Shown here one piece after another: positions 40,538-50,687 of a DNA stretch of 64,000 nt. The position numbers and the translations under genes are program-made. The DNA is from Dehalococcoidia bacterium. GTDB lineage: Bacteria; Chloroflexota; Dehalococcoidia; SpSt-223. The notes beneath the pieces are model-generated. The model searched no databases. It saw only the letters and a program-made list of their open reading frames with translations, and was not told where the DNA came from. Every line of letters begins with the position of its first letter. The first letter of the stretch is position 1. The DNA lies in the NCBI GenBank assembly GCA_025054935.1, contig JANWZD010000006.1, positions 24,228 through 88,227 on the forward strand. The letters are read 5' to 3'.

Positions 40538-40747
40538 GTTCTCCTCATCAGTCGGCGGGTGGGTCACCGCGAAGTATACCTGCTCTCCGTGCAGCCGAAC
40601 TGCCCGCAGCGCTCGAGAATACTTCGGCCGAGGCGAAAAGGTAGACCCGGCTAGGCCGCACCCGCTACAGTTCCGGTGCAGGGCTCGCAGCGCAGTGCAG
40701 GCTGCGGCCGGTCCACCGTCAGGCACTCTCCATCGCGAGGAGGCGTA

Positions 40748-42373
40748 ATGCCTTCGGCTCGAAAGCACTCTTTTTTCCTCATCGTTGCCGCGGCAGCCGT
40801 TGCCCTTGCTGGCTGCCTTCTCCCTCAAACCGGCGGGGGGCGCTCTCCAGAAAGTTCACCTCCTCCCCGTGGCGGCAGCTTTGTCCGCGTGAATCCTTCC
40901 GACGGCTCAACGATGAACCCCCTCTTGGCCTCCGACAGTTATTCGCGCGGCTACGCGGAGATGGTGTACAACGCTCCCTTGCTGCGCATGAACCCGGAGA
41001 CGCTCGAGTGGGACACCAAGGATGGCGCTGCCGAGTCGTTCGAACTGTCGCCAGACGGCCTGATCATTCGCTATCGACTGAAGCCGAACCTGCAGTGGAG
41101 CGATGGCACGCCGATTACGTCGGCTGATTATCTCTTCACCTTCGAAAAGATGCTCGACCCCGCTGTGGACTATCCGTTTCGAGCAAACCTCGCCTTCATC
41201 GCCGGCGCGCGAGCGCCCGACCCGCGAACGATCGAGTTCACCTTCCGCGAGCCGTTCTGCCCCGCAATCGAATACACCAACATCAATCCGATCCCGAAGC
41301 ATATTTTCGAGCATCTCAACATCAACGATAACCCCGAAAACCTGCGCCCGACAGTCGGTTCGGGGCCGTGGCTGCTGCGCGAGTGGGTGCGCGACAGCCA
41401 TGCGACGTTTGTTGCGAATGAGAAGTTCTATCTCGGGCGGCCCTATCTCGACACCTACACCATCCGGATCGTACGAACGAGCGCCGTCGCCTTCTCTCTG
41501 CTTAAGAACGGAGAGGTCGACCAAGTCAGCTTGCGTCCTGACGAATGGGAAGAGGCGAAGCGGCTTCCCCACGTTACCACGATCAGCTTCTATCCCGCCG
41601 GATCGAGCTGGGTCTACATCGGCTTCAACCTCCGCAGCCCGCTGGTCAGCGACCTCCGGGTCCGCCAAGCGTTCGCGGCCGCAGTGCCGCGTCAGGAGAT
41701 GATTGAGCGCATTCGCCTCGGGCGCGCCCGGCTGATTAACTCGATCTACGGCCCGAGCTCGTGGGCGCACGACCCGACGCTGCAGGGCATCGACTATGAC
41801 CCGGAGCGCGCCCGCCGCCTCCTCGACGAGGCAGGGTGGCGCACCCCGCCGGGCAACCCGAGCGGCATCCGCCAGAAAGACGGCCGCGAACTGAAGCTCC
41901 GCCTCTTCTACAACGTCAGCAACCGCGATGCCGAACAGGTTGCGGTCATCACCCAGGCAGCGCTGCGCCAGATCGGCGTCGACCTGCAGGTGATCGGCGA
42001 AGAGCTGAGCACGCTGCTCAATCGGACAAACCGCACTCGCGACCTCGAAATGTGGGTGAATACGTGGATCTCGCCGATTGAGCCGCACAGCCGCTTCAAT
42101 GCGTGGAAGAGCAGCGACAATGCCACCGGCTTCGCTGACCCGGTGGTCGACGAACTGTTCGCCCGCGCAGCTTCTGTTCCCGGGTGCAAGATCGCCGACC
42201 GCGCGCCGATCTACCATGAGATTCAGCGCCGCATTGCCGCCGAAGTGCCCTACATTTTCCTCTGGGAGATCGAACTGCTGTACGGGGTGAACAACCGGAT
42301 CGTGACGAACCCGGTGACCAGCCTCGGTTTCTGGTATCGCGAGTGGGAGTGGTACTCGAAGACGGGGAAATAA
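40748..42373 (+). CDS. Peptide/nickel ABC transporter substrate-binding lipoprotein (family 5)
   Basis: Lipobox [31 protein letters not shown]. No permease genes adjacent. Confidence 0.92.
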   Translation: MPSARKHSFFLIVAAAAVALAGCLLPQTGGGRSPESSPPPRGGSFVRVNPSDGSTMNPLLASDSYSRGYAEMVYNAPLLRMNPETLEWDTKDGAAESFELSPDGLIIRYRLKPNLQWSDGTPITSADYLFTFEKMLDPAVDYPFRANLAFIAGARAPDPRTIEFTFREPFCPAIEYTNINPIPKHIFEHLNINDNPENLRPTVGSGPWLLREWVRDSHATFVANEKFYLGRPYLDTYTIRIVRTSAVAFSLLKNGEVDQVSLRPDEWEEAKRLPHVTTISFYPAGSSWVYIGFNLRSPLVSDLRVRQAFAAAVPRQEMIERIRLGRARLINSIYGPSSWAHDPTLQGIDYDPERARRLLDEAGWRTPPGNPSGIRQKDGRELKLRLFYNVSNRDAEQVAVITQAALRQIGVDLQVIGEELSTLLNRTNRTRDLEMWVNTWISPIEPHSRFNAWKSSDNATGFADPVVDELFARAASVPGCKIADRAPIYHEIQRRIAAEVPYIFLWEIELLYGVNNRIVTNPVTSLGFWYREWEWYSKTGK

Positions 42374-42952
42374 TCAGAGCGTGCCCGCCTTCAGGCGGTC
42401 AATCGCCTCGGACGCTTGCCGCTTCGTCATCTCTGCCGGCGGCCGGCCGTAGAGCGCGCGGATCCGCTCGTCGACCTCGCTCTCGCTCAAGCGATGCTCG
42501 TTGCGGCCGATGACGTAGATCGCTTTCACCTGCGCCGGCGTCGCCCGCTGCCTCTCATCGTCGGAGCGGGCGCGGCCGCGCAGCGGCGTCGGCGGGATCT
42601 CTTCCGCGAGCGGCTCAGCATCCTCGGGCGGCAGCTCCTCAAACGCGACCGTCGCTACGTTAATCGCGTCGCGCAGCGCGCGCGCTTTGGCGCGGGTCTC
42701 CGCCATCCGAACAAGACAGGTGCGCATCGGCGCCGCGACGTTGTTTGGGGCAGCATCTCCGATGCCGGAGTAGGTCCCCGTATCAAGCTCGACCGTCGCC
42801 CGCACGATCGCCGTCTGTCCGTTCTCCTCACGCGGCGCTTGGAGGAGCTCCGTGCGGATGCTGCGCAGACCTCGCTGGTGCGCTTCGTCAAGCAGCCCAG
42901 CGTAGAGAACGAAGGTTTTCCCCTGCCGCTCGATAATGTACTCCTTCTTCAT
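42374..42952 (-). CDS. Rad52/Sak-like single-strand annealing protein with C-terminal AT.xQ..T.RQAS..ID.L domain
   Basis: GKTFVLYAGLL..AH, AIVRATV..TYSGIGDA, RMAETRAKARALR.A (Rad52-fold beta3-alpha signature). ATG at 42952 with SD GGAGG. Confidence 0.75.
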   Translation of the reverse strand: MKKEYIIERQGKTFVLYAGLLDEAHQRGLRSIRTELLQAPREENGQTAIVRATVELDTGTYSGIGDAAPNNVAAPMRTCLVRMAETRAKARALRDAINVATVAFEELPPEDAEPLAEEIPPTPLRGRARSDDERQRATPAQVKAIYVIGRNEHRLSESEVDERIRALYGRPPAEMTKRQASEAIDRLKAGTL

Positions 42953-42979
42953 CGCGCCCTCCCCTGCGCCCTCAGATAT

Positions 42980-42991
42980 GAACATTTGTTC
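42980..42991. promoter_or_regulatory. LexA (SOS/Cheo) box GAAC-ATTT-GTTC
   Basis: Exact GAAC-N4-GTTC (cGAACaaatGTTC on the minus strand), 2 nt downstream of the -10 element. Confidence 0.8.
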
Positions 42992-42993
42992 GA

Positions 42994-43022
42994 ATTCTAG
43001 CCCGCTCCTGCGCTCTCGTCAA
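42994..43022 (-). promoter_or_regulatory. sigma70 promoter TTGACG-N17-TAGAAT
   Basis: Minus strand: TTGACG agagcgcaggagcgggc TAGAAT. Confidence 0.8.
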
Positions 43023-43126
43023 GCCAGCGCGTTCCGGCCGCGACCGTTGCCGCCCGACGCGGTCTTCTCCACCATCCACAGCACGCGGAAGCGCGAACCG
43101 AGTAGACTGGGAGTTGGAGGTTTGAG

Positions 43127-43273
43127 ATGCGCATCCCTCTTCCGGTTCTCCTCTCCCCGGACGAGCGCGAGGCGCGGAAGGGGCACGGTCTGCGGTTTAC
43201 AGCGGCCTCTCCGGCCGCAGCGCTCGTCATCAGGCGCGGGCGGGACGAAGACCTGCCGCGAGGCGAGGCATGA
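43127..43273 (+). CDS. Small 48-aa ORF coupled to the rhomboid gene
   Basis: SD GGAGG 6 nt before ATG. MRIPLPVLLSPDEREARKGHGLRFTAASPAAALVIRRGRDEDLPRGEA*. Stop overlaps the rhomboid ATG (ATGA). Confidence 0.45.
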   Translation: MRIPLPVLLSPDEREARKGHGLRFTAASPAAALVIRRGRDEDLPRGEA

Positions 43274-43953
43274 TCCCGGTCGGCGACGAGAACGAGCATC
43301 ACGGCCCCGCAGTCGTTACGCTGACCTTGATCGGGTTGAACCTTGCGGCGTTCTTCCTTCAGCTGCTGTTCGGCACGCCGTTTACCTATGCGTTCAGCTT
43401 CATTCCTGCCGAACTCACCCTCTTCCTTCTCGGGCGGGCCCCAAGCGAGGTGCTTATCACGCTCTTCACCGCAATGTTTCTTCACGCGAGCCTCGGCCAT
43501 CTTTTGGGAAATCTCCTCTTTCTTTGGGTCTTCGGCGATAACGTCGAGCATCGTCTCGGGTCGTTCCTGTTCCTCGTCTTCTATGTTGTCTGCGGCCTCG
43601 CCGCCACCTTCACCCAGTACTTGACCGACCCGACATCCACCATTCCGAACCTCGGGGCGAGCGGCGCGATCTCGGGTGTCCTCGGCGCCTACTTCGTGCT
43701 CTTTCCCGCCAACCTAGTCCGGGTGTTCATCTGGCCGTTCTCACTCTTCCTCGGCACTGTCCCCATCCCGGCGCTCGTTATGCTCGGGCTCTGGTTCCTT
43801 CTTCAGCTGTGGGGCGGAGTGAGCGAGTTCGGCCAGCTGAGCACGGGGGGCGTCGCCTTCTGGGCGCATGTCGGCGGTTTTGTCGCTGGCATGGTGCTTG
43901 GCATGCCGTTCCGCGGCCGACGGCGACGCTCCCTCCCCTACCCGCCCTTCTGA
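43270..43953 (+). CDS. Rhomboid-family intramembrane serine protease
   Basis: MFLHAS..HLLGN..FLWVFGDNVE, GASGAISG (Ser), AFWAHVGGF (His). Confidence 0.95.
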   Translation: MIPVGDENEHHGPAVVTLTLIGLNLAAFFLQLLFGTPFTYAFSFIPAELTLFLLGRAPSEVLITLFTAMFLHASLGHLLGNLLFLWVFGDNVEHRLGSFLFLVFYVVCGLAATFTQYLTDPTSTIPNLGASGAISGVLGAYFVLFPANLVRVFIWPFSLFLGTVPIPALVMLGLWFLLQLWGGVSEFGQLSTGGVAFWAHVGGFVAGMVLGMPFRGRRRRSLPYPPF

Positions 43954-44246
43954 CCGGCCGCAGGCGAGGGGGCCGCCTTCCGCGCGCGGGCGCCACTGCT
44001 GCAGCGCGGCCGCCTCAGCGCTCTCAAAGAGGCGGGCAGCGCTCTTCCGCTGCTGGATACCGCAGCCTTGGCGTTCGAACCAGCCATCCCCACGTGGACC
44101 CAGCAGTGCGGAACGAGGGAGATGCTCCGCGCTGCGTTTGCAGTTGGTCGCAGGAGCGGGCAAGGATGCCGTGGAAGACGGCGCGAGTGACAAAGCGGCT
44201 CGCGGGCGACAGAGCGCCGCCGGCAACTCTGGACGCGTTTCGGGCG

Positions 44247-44690
44247 CTAGAACGGCTTCGCGACCATTAACCAGACAATCGCGAGAAAGCCGACCGTCTC
44301 ATAGCCGGCGACAACGAGCGGGAGCGGCGAGCGGCGCAGGCGCTCAATGTCAGCGTGCCTCCCTGTGCGGATTGCCCGCCGGAGCCGCGCAAAGACGATG
44401 GCGAGCGGAACCGCGCCGACGAGCAAGAGCACCAAGAGCGCAAGCGAGAGCCAGATCCATCCCGTCTGCCACCATCCGCCGGCCCAGCCAGCGGCAATGC
44501 CCCCGATGAGCAAGAGCGCGAGGCCAGCATACTGCGCCGGCCGGGCGCCGGCGCCAAGTTCGAGCAGCCGCGCCAGCTGGAGCGGGTCCGGCTCATCGCG
44601 GATGGCCAGCGCGACGGCTCCCGGCACGCCGTGCGCCGCCGCAAACAAGAGCGCCCCAGCGATATGGAGGAACACGAACAGTTCGTACAT
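44247..44690 (-). CDS. DUF2269-like 4-TM membrane protein
   Basis: MYELFVFLHI.., GWIWLSL, C-terminal WLMVAKPF. ATG at 44690. Confidence 0.75.
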   Translation of the reverse strand: MYELFVFLHIAGALLFAAAHGVPGAVALAIRDEPDPLQLARLLELGAGARPAQYAGLALLLIGGIAAGWAGGWWQTGWIWLSLALLVLLLVGAVPLAIVFARLRRAIRTGRHADIERLRRSPLPLVVAGYETVGFLAIVWLMVAKPF

Positions 44691-45269
44691 CAGCTTCGCT
44701 CCAGCGTGTTCTTCGCGTCCTGCGCGCAGGCCGGGCTCCCTCCGCTGCAGAAGGGCGCGCGCACCGCCGCCCTCGCCCGATCGTACCAAGAGCGTAACGC
44801 CGCTCCGCCTCGGCGATAGCCAACGCGCCTAACGAGCCCGCCCCTCGCCCAGGAGTTCGCCCTCGCCTTTCACCCCCTCAATCGCCTGATGATGACGCTC
44901 CGACCTGTCCCGGGAACCGCCCCGGCACCGCTCCCGAAGCGCGGCCGCTCCCGGCCAGAGAGATGACCGCCCAGACCCGCTCGCCGGCGCGGCGGCCAGC
45001 TGCTCCCGCCGCCCGACACGAGGCGGCGTTCGTCTCGGTACGCCCCCTCGAGAGTTGCTGCTCGCCGCCCTAACGCGCGTCCCCCTCCCTTCCTGCGCCG
45101 AAGCCCGCTTGTTGAGAGCAGGTACGGCGAGCAAGGAGGACAGACCTCGTCGGGGAGGTGACCAGCGAAACGGCGACACCCCCTCCGCCCGGAGACACGT
45201 ACCGCCTGGGCGAGCGCCGCAGCATTCTCGCCGGAGAAGACGGCGCTGCCCTCTCCTCGCTCGGCGAAC

Positions 45270-45690
45270 GGCCTCGAGCGCGGCGCCACAGCGGCGCGAC
45301 AACGATCGCGCCCGCAGCGGTCTGGCACAACGCTGAGACGACGAGCAGGGCGCCGAGCGGAGCATGTCTCACCGCGAGCGCCGCCTCGACAACCACCCGG
45401 ACGATCAGCCCGCCATTGAGAAGGGCGTAGGCGAGAAAGGCGGCCGGCTCGGAGTAGGAGAGCGGATTGTCTGCCGAACGTCGCCGCGGAAGGAGCCAAT
45501 AGGCAACTCGAAGCGCAAACTGGAGCAGCTACCCGACGAAGAGCCCAGGGGCGTACCCTCTTCCGAGCGGCGGCAGCCGCAAGGGAGCGCAAGACCAGCA
45601 TGCGCCAGCATCAGCCCGCCAAGGCTGCTGCCAGCGAGAAGATGCAGGAAGCTCGTCCGCGCCATCCGAACCGAGAATCGGTCCGCCAGT
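45270..45690 (-). pseudogene. Degraded small membrane protein (heme-copper oxidase subunit I/NnrS-like family)
   Basis: RTSFLHLLAGSSLGGLML, frameshift, LFVG*LLQFALRVAYWLLPR (TGG to TAG), AFLAYALLNGGLIVRVVVE. Confidence 0.55.
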
Positions 45691-46195
45691 ACTCCGTTTT
45701 CCTCCTCGGCCAGACCGCCTTCAGCAAGGAGGTGCGCTCTTCCCGACGGGTGAGACGACGGCGCTGTCGGCGCTCGCCCGCTGCAGCGGCGTCCGCGATA
45801 CTGCGCCCCAGCGTGGCGGAAGGAGCATAGCGCCGCCTCGCGCTCGCCGAACCTTCGCTCCGCTGGAGCGCGACCGCGCCTCGCTGCTCTCCGACCATCG
45901 CCGCGCGCCGGCCGCTTCGGCCCGCCGCTCACCCGCCAGCCCCTTGCGCCGACGACGGGCGCCGCCAGGGCGACACCGCTCCGACTGTCGCTTTCTCGTT
46001 CTTGCGGAAGGGGAGGGGGAACGGGCGTGCCGGCTTCCGCTCGTCGCTGCGCCGCGGGATGCGGCCGACGTGCGCCTGCGTTCCCCGCTCTCTTCGCGCT
46101 GATGAACTGAGCCTAATGTTTTTTTCCTGTTGACACGATGCGGTATAGTGCAGGTGGCCTCGCAGGGTCCTGGCCCGAACGGGGAATGAGCGATT

Positions 46196-47716
46196 ATGCG
46201 ACGACGACGACGACGCGGCCGCCTCTGGCTCTGGCCCCTCGTCTTCCTGACCTTCGGGGCGGTGGCGCTCCTCGTTCCACGCCTTGTCGACGCGCTTCCC
46301 CAGCCGTGGCAGCGCGGCCGCGTTGTCGATGAGTACAGCGGCCAGCCGATCGCGGGCGCGGTGATCCGTTCCGCGACCGGCTCCGCAACGAGCCGCGAGA
46401 ACGGCGCGTTCTCCCCCCCACCCGGCGACCGGTTCACCATCGAAGCAGAGGGGTACCTCCCTCGCGAGGTTGCCGCCGACGAACTGACGAACGTCACCCT
46501 GCGTCCCGCCATTCTTGCCGGCGGGGTGGTCAATGCGAGCGACGGGCAGCCGATCGCCGGGGCAACGATCGCGATCGGCTCCACCGTGGTTCGCTCGAGT
46601 GCGGAGGGGATCTATCGTCTCCCCAACACCGATCCCGAGCCGGTCGTGGTGGTCAAAGCGCCGGGCTACGCGCGGAGCATTCTCCGCCCCTCACGCGTCT
46701 CGCGGCTCGATATCCAGCTCACCCGTCAGCCCGTGCGCGCGGTCTACATGAGCGCCGCGACCCTCGCCTACCCCCCAGGCCGGGAGCAGCTGCTCGCATC
46801 GCTCAGCCGCAACGGGCTCAATGCCATCGTCATTGATGTAAAGACGGACCGTGGGACCCTCTCCTATCCGAGCGCTGTGCCGCTCGCGCGGGCGATCGGA
46901 GCGTCGGGGAGCGGCGACCTCGCCGCGGTAGTGAAACGGCTGAAGGAACAGGACATCTATGTCATCGGCCGGGTCGTCGTCTTCCGAGACCGCGTCCTCG
47001 CTCAAGCGCGTCCGGAGTGGGCGATCAAAGACCGGCGGCGCGGCGATGCCATCTATACCGACCCCGAAGGGGGACAGTGGATCGACCCCTTCCGCCGCGA
47101 GGTGTGGGAGTATCACGCAGCGCTCGCCGAGGAGGCGGCTGCCCTCGGCTTCGATGAGATCCAGTTCGATTACCTCCGCTTCCCCATCGACGGGACGGGC
47201 GACCATTTCGTCTACTCCGCTGCGTCCACTGCCGAGAGCCGCTTAGCCGCGATCCAAGGTTTTCTGACCCTTGTCCACGAGCGGGTTCGACCGACCGGGC
47301 TCTATATCTCGGTCAATGTCTTCGGCTACCTGATCTGGAACGGCGGCGAACTCGGCTACGGACACGATCTCGAGCATCTCGCCGCGCACGTCGATTACCT
47401 GTCGCCCACGCTCTATCCGTCGACCTTCGGCGGCGGCATCCCCGGCCTCGGGGATCGGAACGGCGCCATCGCCAACCCCTATGAACTGGTCCGCCGCAGC
47501 CTCGAGGAAGCAAAACGGCGGCTGAAGGGCGATGCGGCGCGGCTGCGGCCGTGGCTGCAATATTTCGACGATTACCCGTACCAAACCGGCAAGCGCTTCG
47601 ACGCCCCCGAGATCACGGCCCAGCTGCGCGCTGCCGTCGATGCCGGCGCTTCAGGCTGGATGTTCTGGGACCCGACAAACCTTTACGCCCGCGGGGGGTT
47701 CGAGCGTCGGCCCTGA
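46196..47716 (+). CDS. Membrane-anchored putative glycoside hydrolase (DUF4015/GHL-like) with two carboxypeptidase-regulatory-like repeats
   Basis: N-terminal TM. Two G.V.D..GQPIAGA repeats. NAIVIDVK, RVVVFRD, GFDEIQFDYLRFP, YPSTF, RPWLQYF, GWMFWDP. Confidence 0.8.
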   Translation: MRRRRRRGRLWLWPLVFLTFGAVALLVPRLVDALPQPWQRGRVVDEYSGQPIAGAVIRSATGSATSRENGAFSPPPGDRFTIEAEGYLPREVAADELTNVTLRPAILAGGVVNASDGQPIAGATIAIGSTVVRSSAEGIYRLPNTDPEPVVVVKAPGYARSILRPSRVSRLDIQLTRQPVRAVYMSAATLAYPPGREQLLASLSRNGLNAIVIDVKTDRGTLSYPSAVPLARAIGASGSGDLAAVVKRLKEQDIYVIGRVVVFRDRVLAQARPEWAIKDRRRGDAIYTDPEGGQWIDPFRREVWEYHAALAEEAAALGFDEIQFDYLRFPIDGTGDHFVYSAASTAESRLAAIQGFLTLVHERVRPTGLYISVNVFGYLIWNGGELGYGHDLEHLAAHVDYLSPTLYPSTFGGGIPGLGDRNGAIANPYELVRRSLEEAKRRLKGDAARLRPWLQYFDDYPYQTGKRFDAPEITAQLRAAVDAGASGWMFWDPTNLYARGGFERRP

Positions 47717-47730
47717 GCGCGCTCTTTCCC

Positions 47731-50685
47731 CTACTCGCGCAGCAGCCAATTGAGGATGCCGCCGAGCAGCGCCGCCCTGTCTCCTTCTGCAACCTGTTCG
47801 AGACCGAACGCCAGCACCGCCGAGCGGTACGCGAATTTGGGCCGCCCCTCGGGCCCCTCGGGATCGGAACGCCGCACCAGCGCGACCGGACGATCATCGG
47901 CGAGCAGCGCGGCTTGAACGGTTTCCGGCGCGAGATAGGTGTCGGAGTCCTCGCGGTAGGCATCGAGCACCGCGAGGTCACCGCTCCCGCTCAGCGAGAA
48001 CTGGCGGCCGGCAAGCGGCGACCCTGCCGGACCGCGGACAGTCGCGGGGAAGGGAACAGTGGCCCGCACAACCGCGCCAAGGTAGCCATGAAACAGCCGG
48101 GAACGGCCATAGAGCGCATCCTGCATAGCGAAGTTGACGTCGAGCGCCTCCGCCACCCGGTTGCCGGCAACGAGGATCGCCCCTCCCTCGTTGAGATATT
48201 CGTTCAAGATGTCTTGGTCCTGCTCGGTGAGCGAGATCCGGCCGCGCTCGACCGGCGAGTCGCGGCTTCCCGTGAACAGGATGACCACGCGGTAGCGCTG
48301 AAGCGCGCTCAAAGGCGGCACGCCGCGCTGGCCCGGCCGGCGCGCCTCGTCGGCATCGAAGAGGTCATAGGGGATTTTCAGCTGATCCAAGGCTGCGCGA
48401 TACGCTGCCGCCGTGTTCGGGCGCCCTCCATCTTCTGACCCATCGTTGTCGAGCAGCAAGACGAAGCGGTCGCGCGGAGGAACGACCCGCAGCCAGATAG
48501 GGATGCGCGCCTCGGCTGCCCCCTCAAGCACGAGGTCGCCGCCGTAGTCGCCTGCCGGCAGCCCCGCGGCAGACAGCCGGAGGGTCAGTTCGACCGTCTC
48601 ACCGCGGCCGACCGACAGCACCGCAGGCTCGACCGCTACCGGGAGCGGAGCGCCGACACTGGAGAAGCGGAGCCGATAGGTCCCGGCGGCCAGCGCCGTC
48701 ACGCGGACCGTGCGCGTCACCTCCTGTCCGGCGCTGACCCCGCCGAAGGCGAGGCTTGGCGGGTCCGCCAGCAGCGGAGCGGCCGCCGCCTTCGCCACGT
48801 CGATCCGTCCTGCTCCTCGCGCGAGGGGCGGCAGGAGCGCGCCTTCGGCGTCGCGAACCTCCGGCGAGGCCGTCGCCATCAACGCCGCGCGGACCTGGGC
48901 CGGCGACCACTCAGGACGAGCTTGCCGCAGGAGGGCCGCTGCGCCCGCGACGTGCGGAGCAGCCATACTGGTGCCGGACACCTGACCAAACCCTGCCAAC
49001 GGGTTCGGCGCGGGCCCGTAGCCCGCCGCGACGATATTGACGCCGGGCGCCACCACGTCTGGCGTGAGGGTGCGGTCTGCAGACGGGCCCCGGCTGCTGA
49101 ACTCAGCAAGGAGATTTGGGGTCGAAGAAACCGCTGTTGGGCGCGGGTCGATCCGCAGCTGCGCCGCCTCGCCTACCATCTCGACCCAGCGTTGCAGGCG
49201 CTCGCCGGCGCTCCGCCCGATCATTCCGACAGGAATGCGGATCTCTTCGGCCTGTCCGCCGAACCCCTCGATCGGCTGCTCCCCGCTATTGACAATCAGC
49301 ACCGCGGCAGCGCCGGCCTCTTGCGCATGACGCGCTTTCTCGACAAAGGGGCAGATACCGCGCGCGATGATCGCGACCCGGCCGGCGAGCGAGCCAGCCG
49401 GCAGGGGGTCGCAGGCTGCGCGCGGCTCAGACGGCTGCACGAGCGCAATCGGCAGCGGCCCGATCGGTGCGGTCAGGCGCGGCCCGAAGGCCGCCCGGCT
49501 GGAACGGACCCTCGCTTGGTCGGCCGGCTCATAGCCAACGAGTTCAACCGACTGGCGAGCGATTTCTCGGCTCGTTGTCACTGCGCCGACCGAGATCACG
49601 CCGCGAGCGTTTGAGGGGCTGTTTGTGGTCGCCACCCCTGGGCCGCTGTTGCCCGCGGCATTGACAACGACCACCCCTGCCCGGACAGCCGCTTCGACAG
49701 CACGCACCATCGGGTCGGCCCAGCCGTAGGTCGCGGCGTACGACGAGCCCCAAGAGTTGTTGATGACATCTGCTCCATCCCGCACGGCATCCTCGAGCGC
49801 CGCCACCAACTCGACAGTGAACGCATTGCCGTTGACGAAATCGCTCTCACTCCGCGAGGGATAGAAGACCCGGTAGTTCATCAGATAGGCGCCGGGCGCC
49901 ACGCCGCTGATCTCAACGCGGACCCCGTCGACGGTGGCAACGACGCCGGCATTGCCGGCGACGATGCTCGCGACATGGGTGCCGTGGCTATCGCCGTTGG
50001 GACCAGGAAGCGGGGTGTCCTCACCGGGACGCGGGGGATCATCGGGTCGAAAGTAGGCGCGCGCGGCGATCACCTTGGGTGTTGTAAAGCGGGTATCGCC
50101 TTTCGGGAAGCCCGGGGGATAGGCATAGCCCGTCGGATCGAAAGACGGGTGCGTCGTGGCGATCCCGCTATCGATGATGGCGACTTTAACCCCGCGGCCA
50201 GCATCGCGCGGGCTGCCGCCGACCTGGCGCCACAGCTCCGGGGCACCGATTTGCACGATATCCGGCGCGTTCGCCAGCCGATACGGGCGGTCCGGCGTGA
50301 CCGCGCGCACTCCGGGCACTCGGGAGAGCGGGCCTGCCGCGGCGACCGGCGCGCGGACGGCCAGCGCGTTGAGAAGGACGCCATAGTGGCGCTCGACCGT
50401 CGTTCCCGGCACCGCCGCCATCGCCCGGCGCGCTACCTGCTGCTGCTGCGCGGCGATCTGCTCGAAGACAGCGCGGGCCGGCGGCGAGTCGAAATCGGGC
50501 CGGGCGACCGGCGCGGGCCGGCCAAGTCCGGCGCGCCCCTCAGCGGCGAGCAGGAGGTCGACCGCGGCCGGCGCATCCAGTTCGACCAGAAAGCGAGCGA
50601 GCGGTGACGCCGCAGCATGGCCGGGCGGCAGGAAAGCAGCGAGAAGAAGGAACGCCAGCAGGGGTGCGAGGGCGCGCCAGGTCAT
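47731..50685 (-). CDS. Secreted S8 subtilisin-like protease (I9 propeptide, PA domain, C-terminal domains)
   Basis: Signal peptide from ATG at 50685. Triad IIDSG / HGTHVAS / GTSMAAPHVAG. PA insert RGICPF.EKA. Confidence 0.93.
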   Translation of the reverse strand: MTWRALAPLLAFLLLAAFLPPGHAAASPLARFLVELDAPAAVDLLLAAEGRAGLGRPAPVARPDFDSPPARAVFEQIAAQQQQVARRAMAAVPGTTVERHYGVLLNALAVRAPVAAAGPLSRVPGVRAVTPDRPYRLANAPDIVQIGAPELWRQVGGSPRDAGRGVKVAIIDSGIATTHPSFDPTGYAYPPGFPKGDTRFTTPKVIAARAYFRPDDPPRPGEDTPLPGPNGDSHGTHVASIVAGNAGVVATVDGVRVEISGVAPGAYLMNYRVFYPSRSESDFVNGNAFTVELVAALEDAVRDGADVINNSWGSSYAATYGWADPMVRAVEAAVRAGVVVVNAAGNSGPGVATTNSPSNARGVISVGAVTTSREIARQSVELVGYEPADQARVRSSRAAFGPRLTAPIGPLPIALVQPSEPRAACDPLPAGSLAGRVAIIARGICPFVEKARHAQEAGAAAVLIVNSGEQPIEGFGGQAEEIRIPVGMIGRSAGERLQRWVEMVGEAAQLRIDPRPTAVSSTPNLLAEFSSRGPSADRTLTPDVVAPGVNIVAAGYGPAPNPLAGFGQVSGTSMAAPHVAGAAALLRQARPEWSPAQVRAALMATASPEVRDAEGALLPPLARGAGRIDVAKAAAAPLLADPPSLAFGGVSAGQEVTRTVRVTALAAGTYRLRFSSVGAPLPVAVEPAVLSVGRGETVELTLRLSAAGLPAGDYGGDLVLEGAAEARIPIWLRVVPPRDRFVLLLDNDGSEDGGRPNTAAAYRAALDQLKIPYDLFDADEARRPGQRGVPPLSALQRYRVVILFTGSRDSPVERGRISLTEQDQDILNEYLNEGGAILVAGNRVAEALDVNFAMQDALYGRSRLFHGYLGAVVRATVPFPATVRGPAGSPLAGRQFSLSGSGDLAVLDAYREDSDTYLAPETVQAALLADDRPVALVRRSDPEGPEGRPKFAYRSAVLAFGLEQVAEGDRAALLGGILNWLLRE

Positions 50686-50687
50686 CG

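Noticed and set aside
40540..40740. T-box riboswitch upstream of glyQS
   Set aside because: No T-box (GGTGGnACCGCG) or specifier-loop pattern. A TATACT -10 lies only about 35 nt from the start codon, leaving no room.
42374..42952. Prophage remnant around the annealase gene
   Set aside because: No integrase, exonuclease, structural genes, att-like repeats or obvious compositional shift; the flanks are ordinary host genes.
46129..46150. TTGACA...TATAGT promoter before the DUF4015 gene
   Set aside because: Only 8 nt separate the hexamers. The -10 may be real, but this pair is not a canonical promoter.
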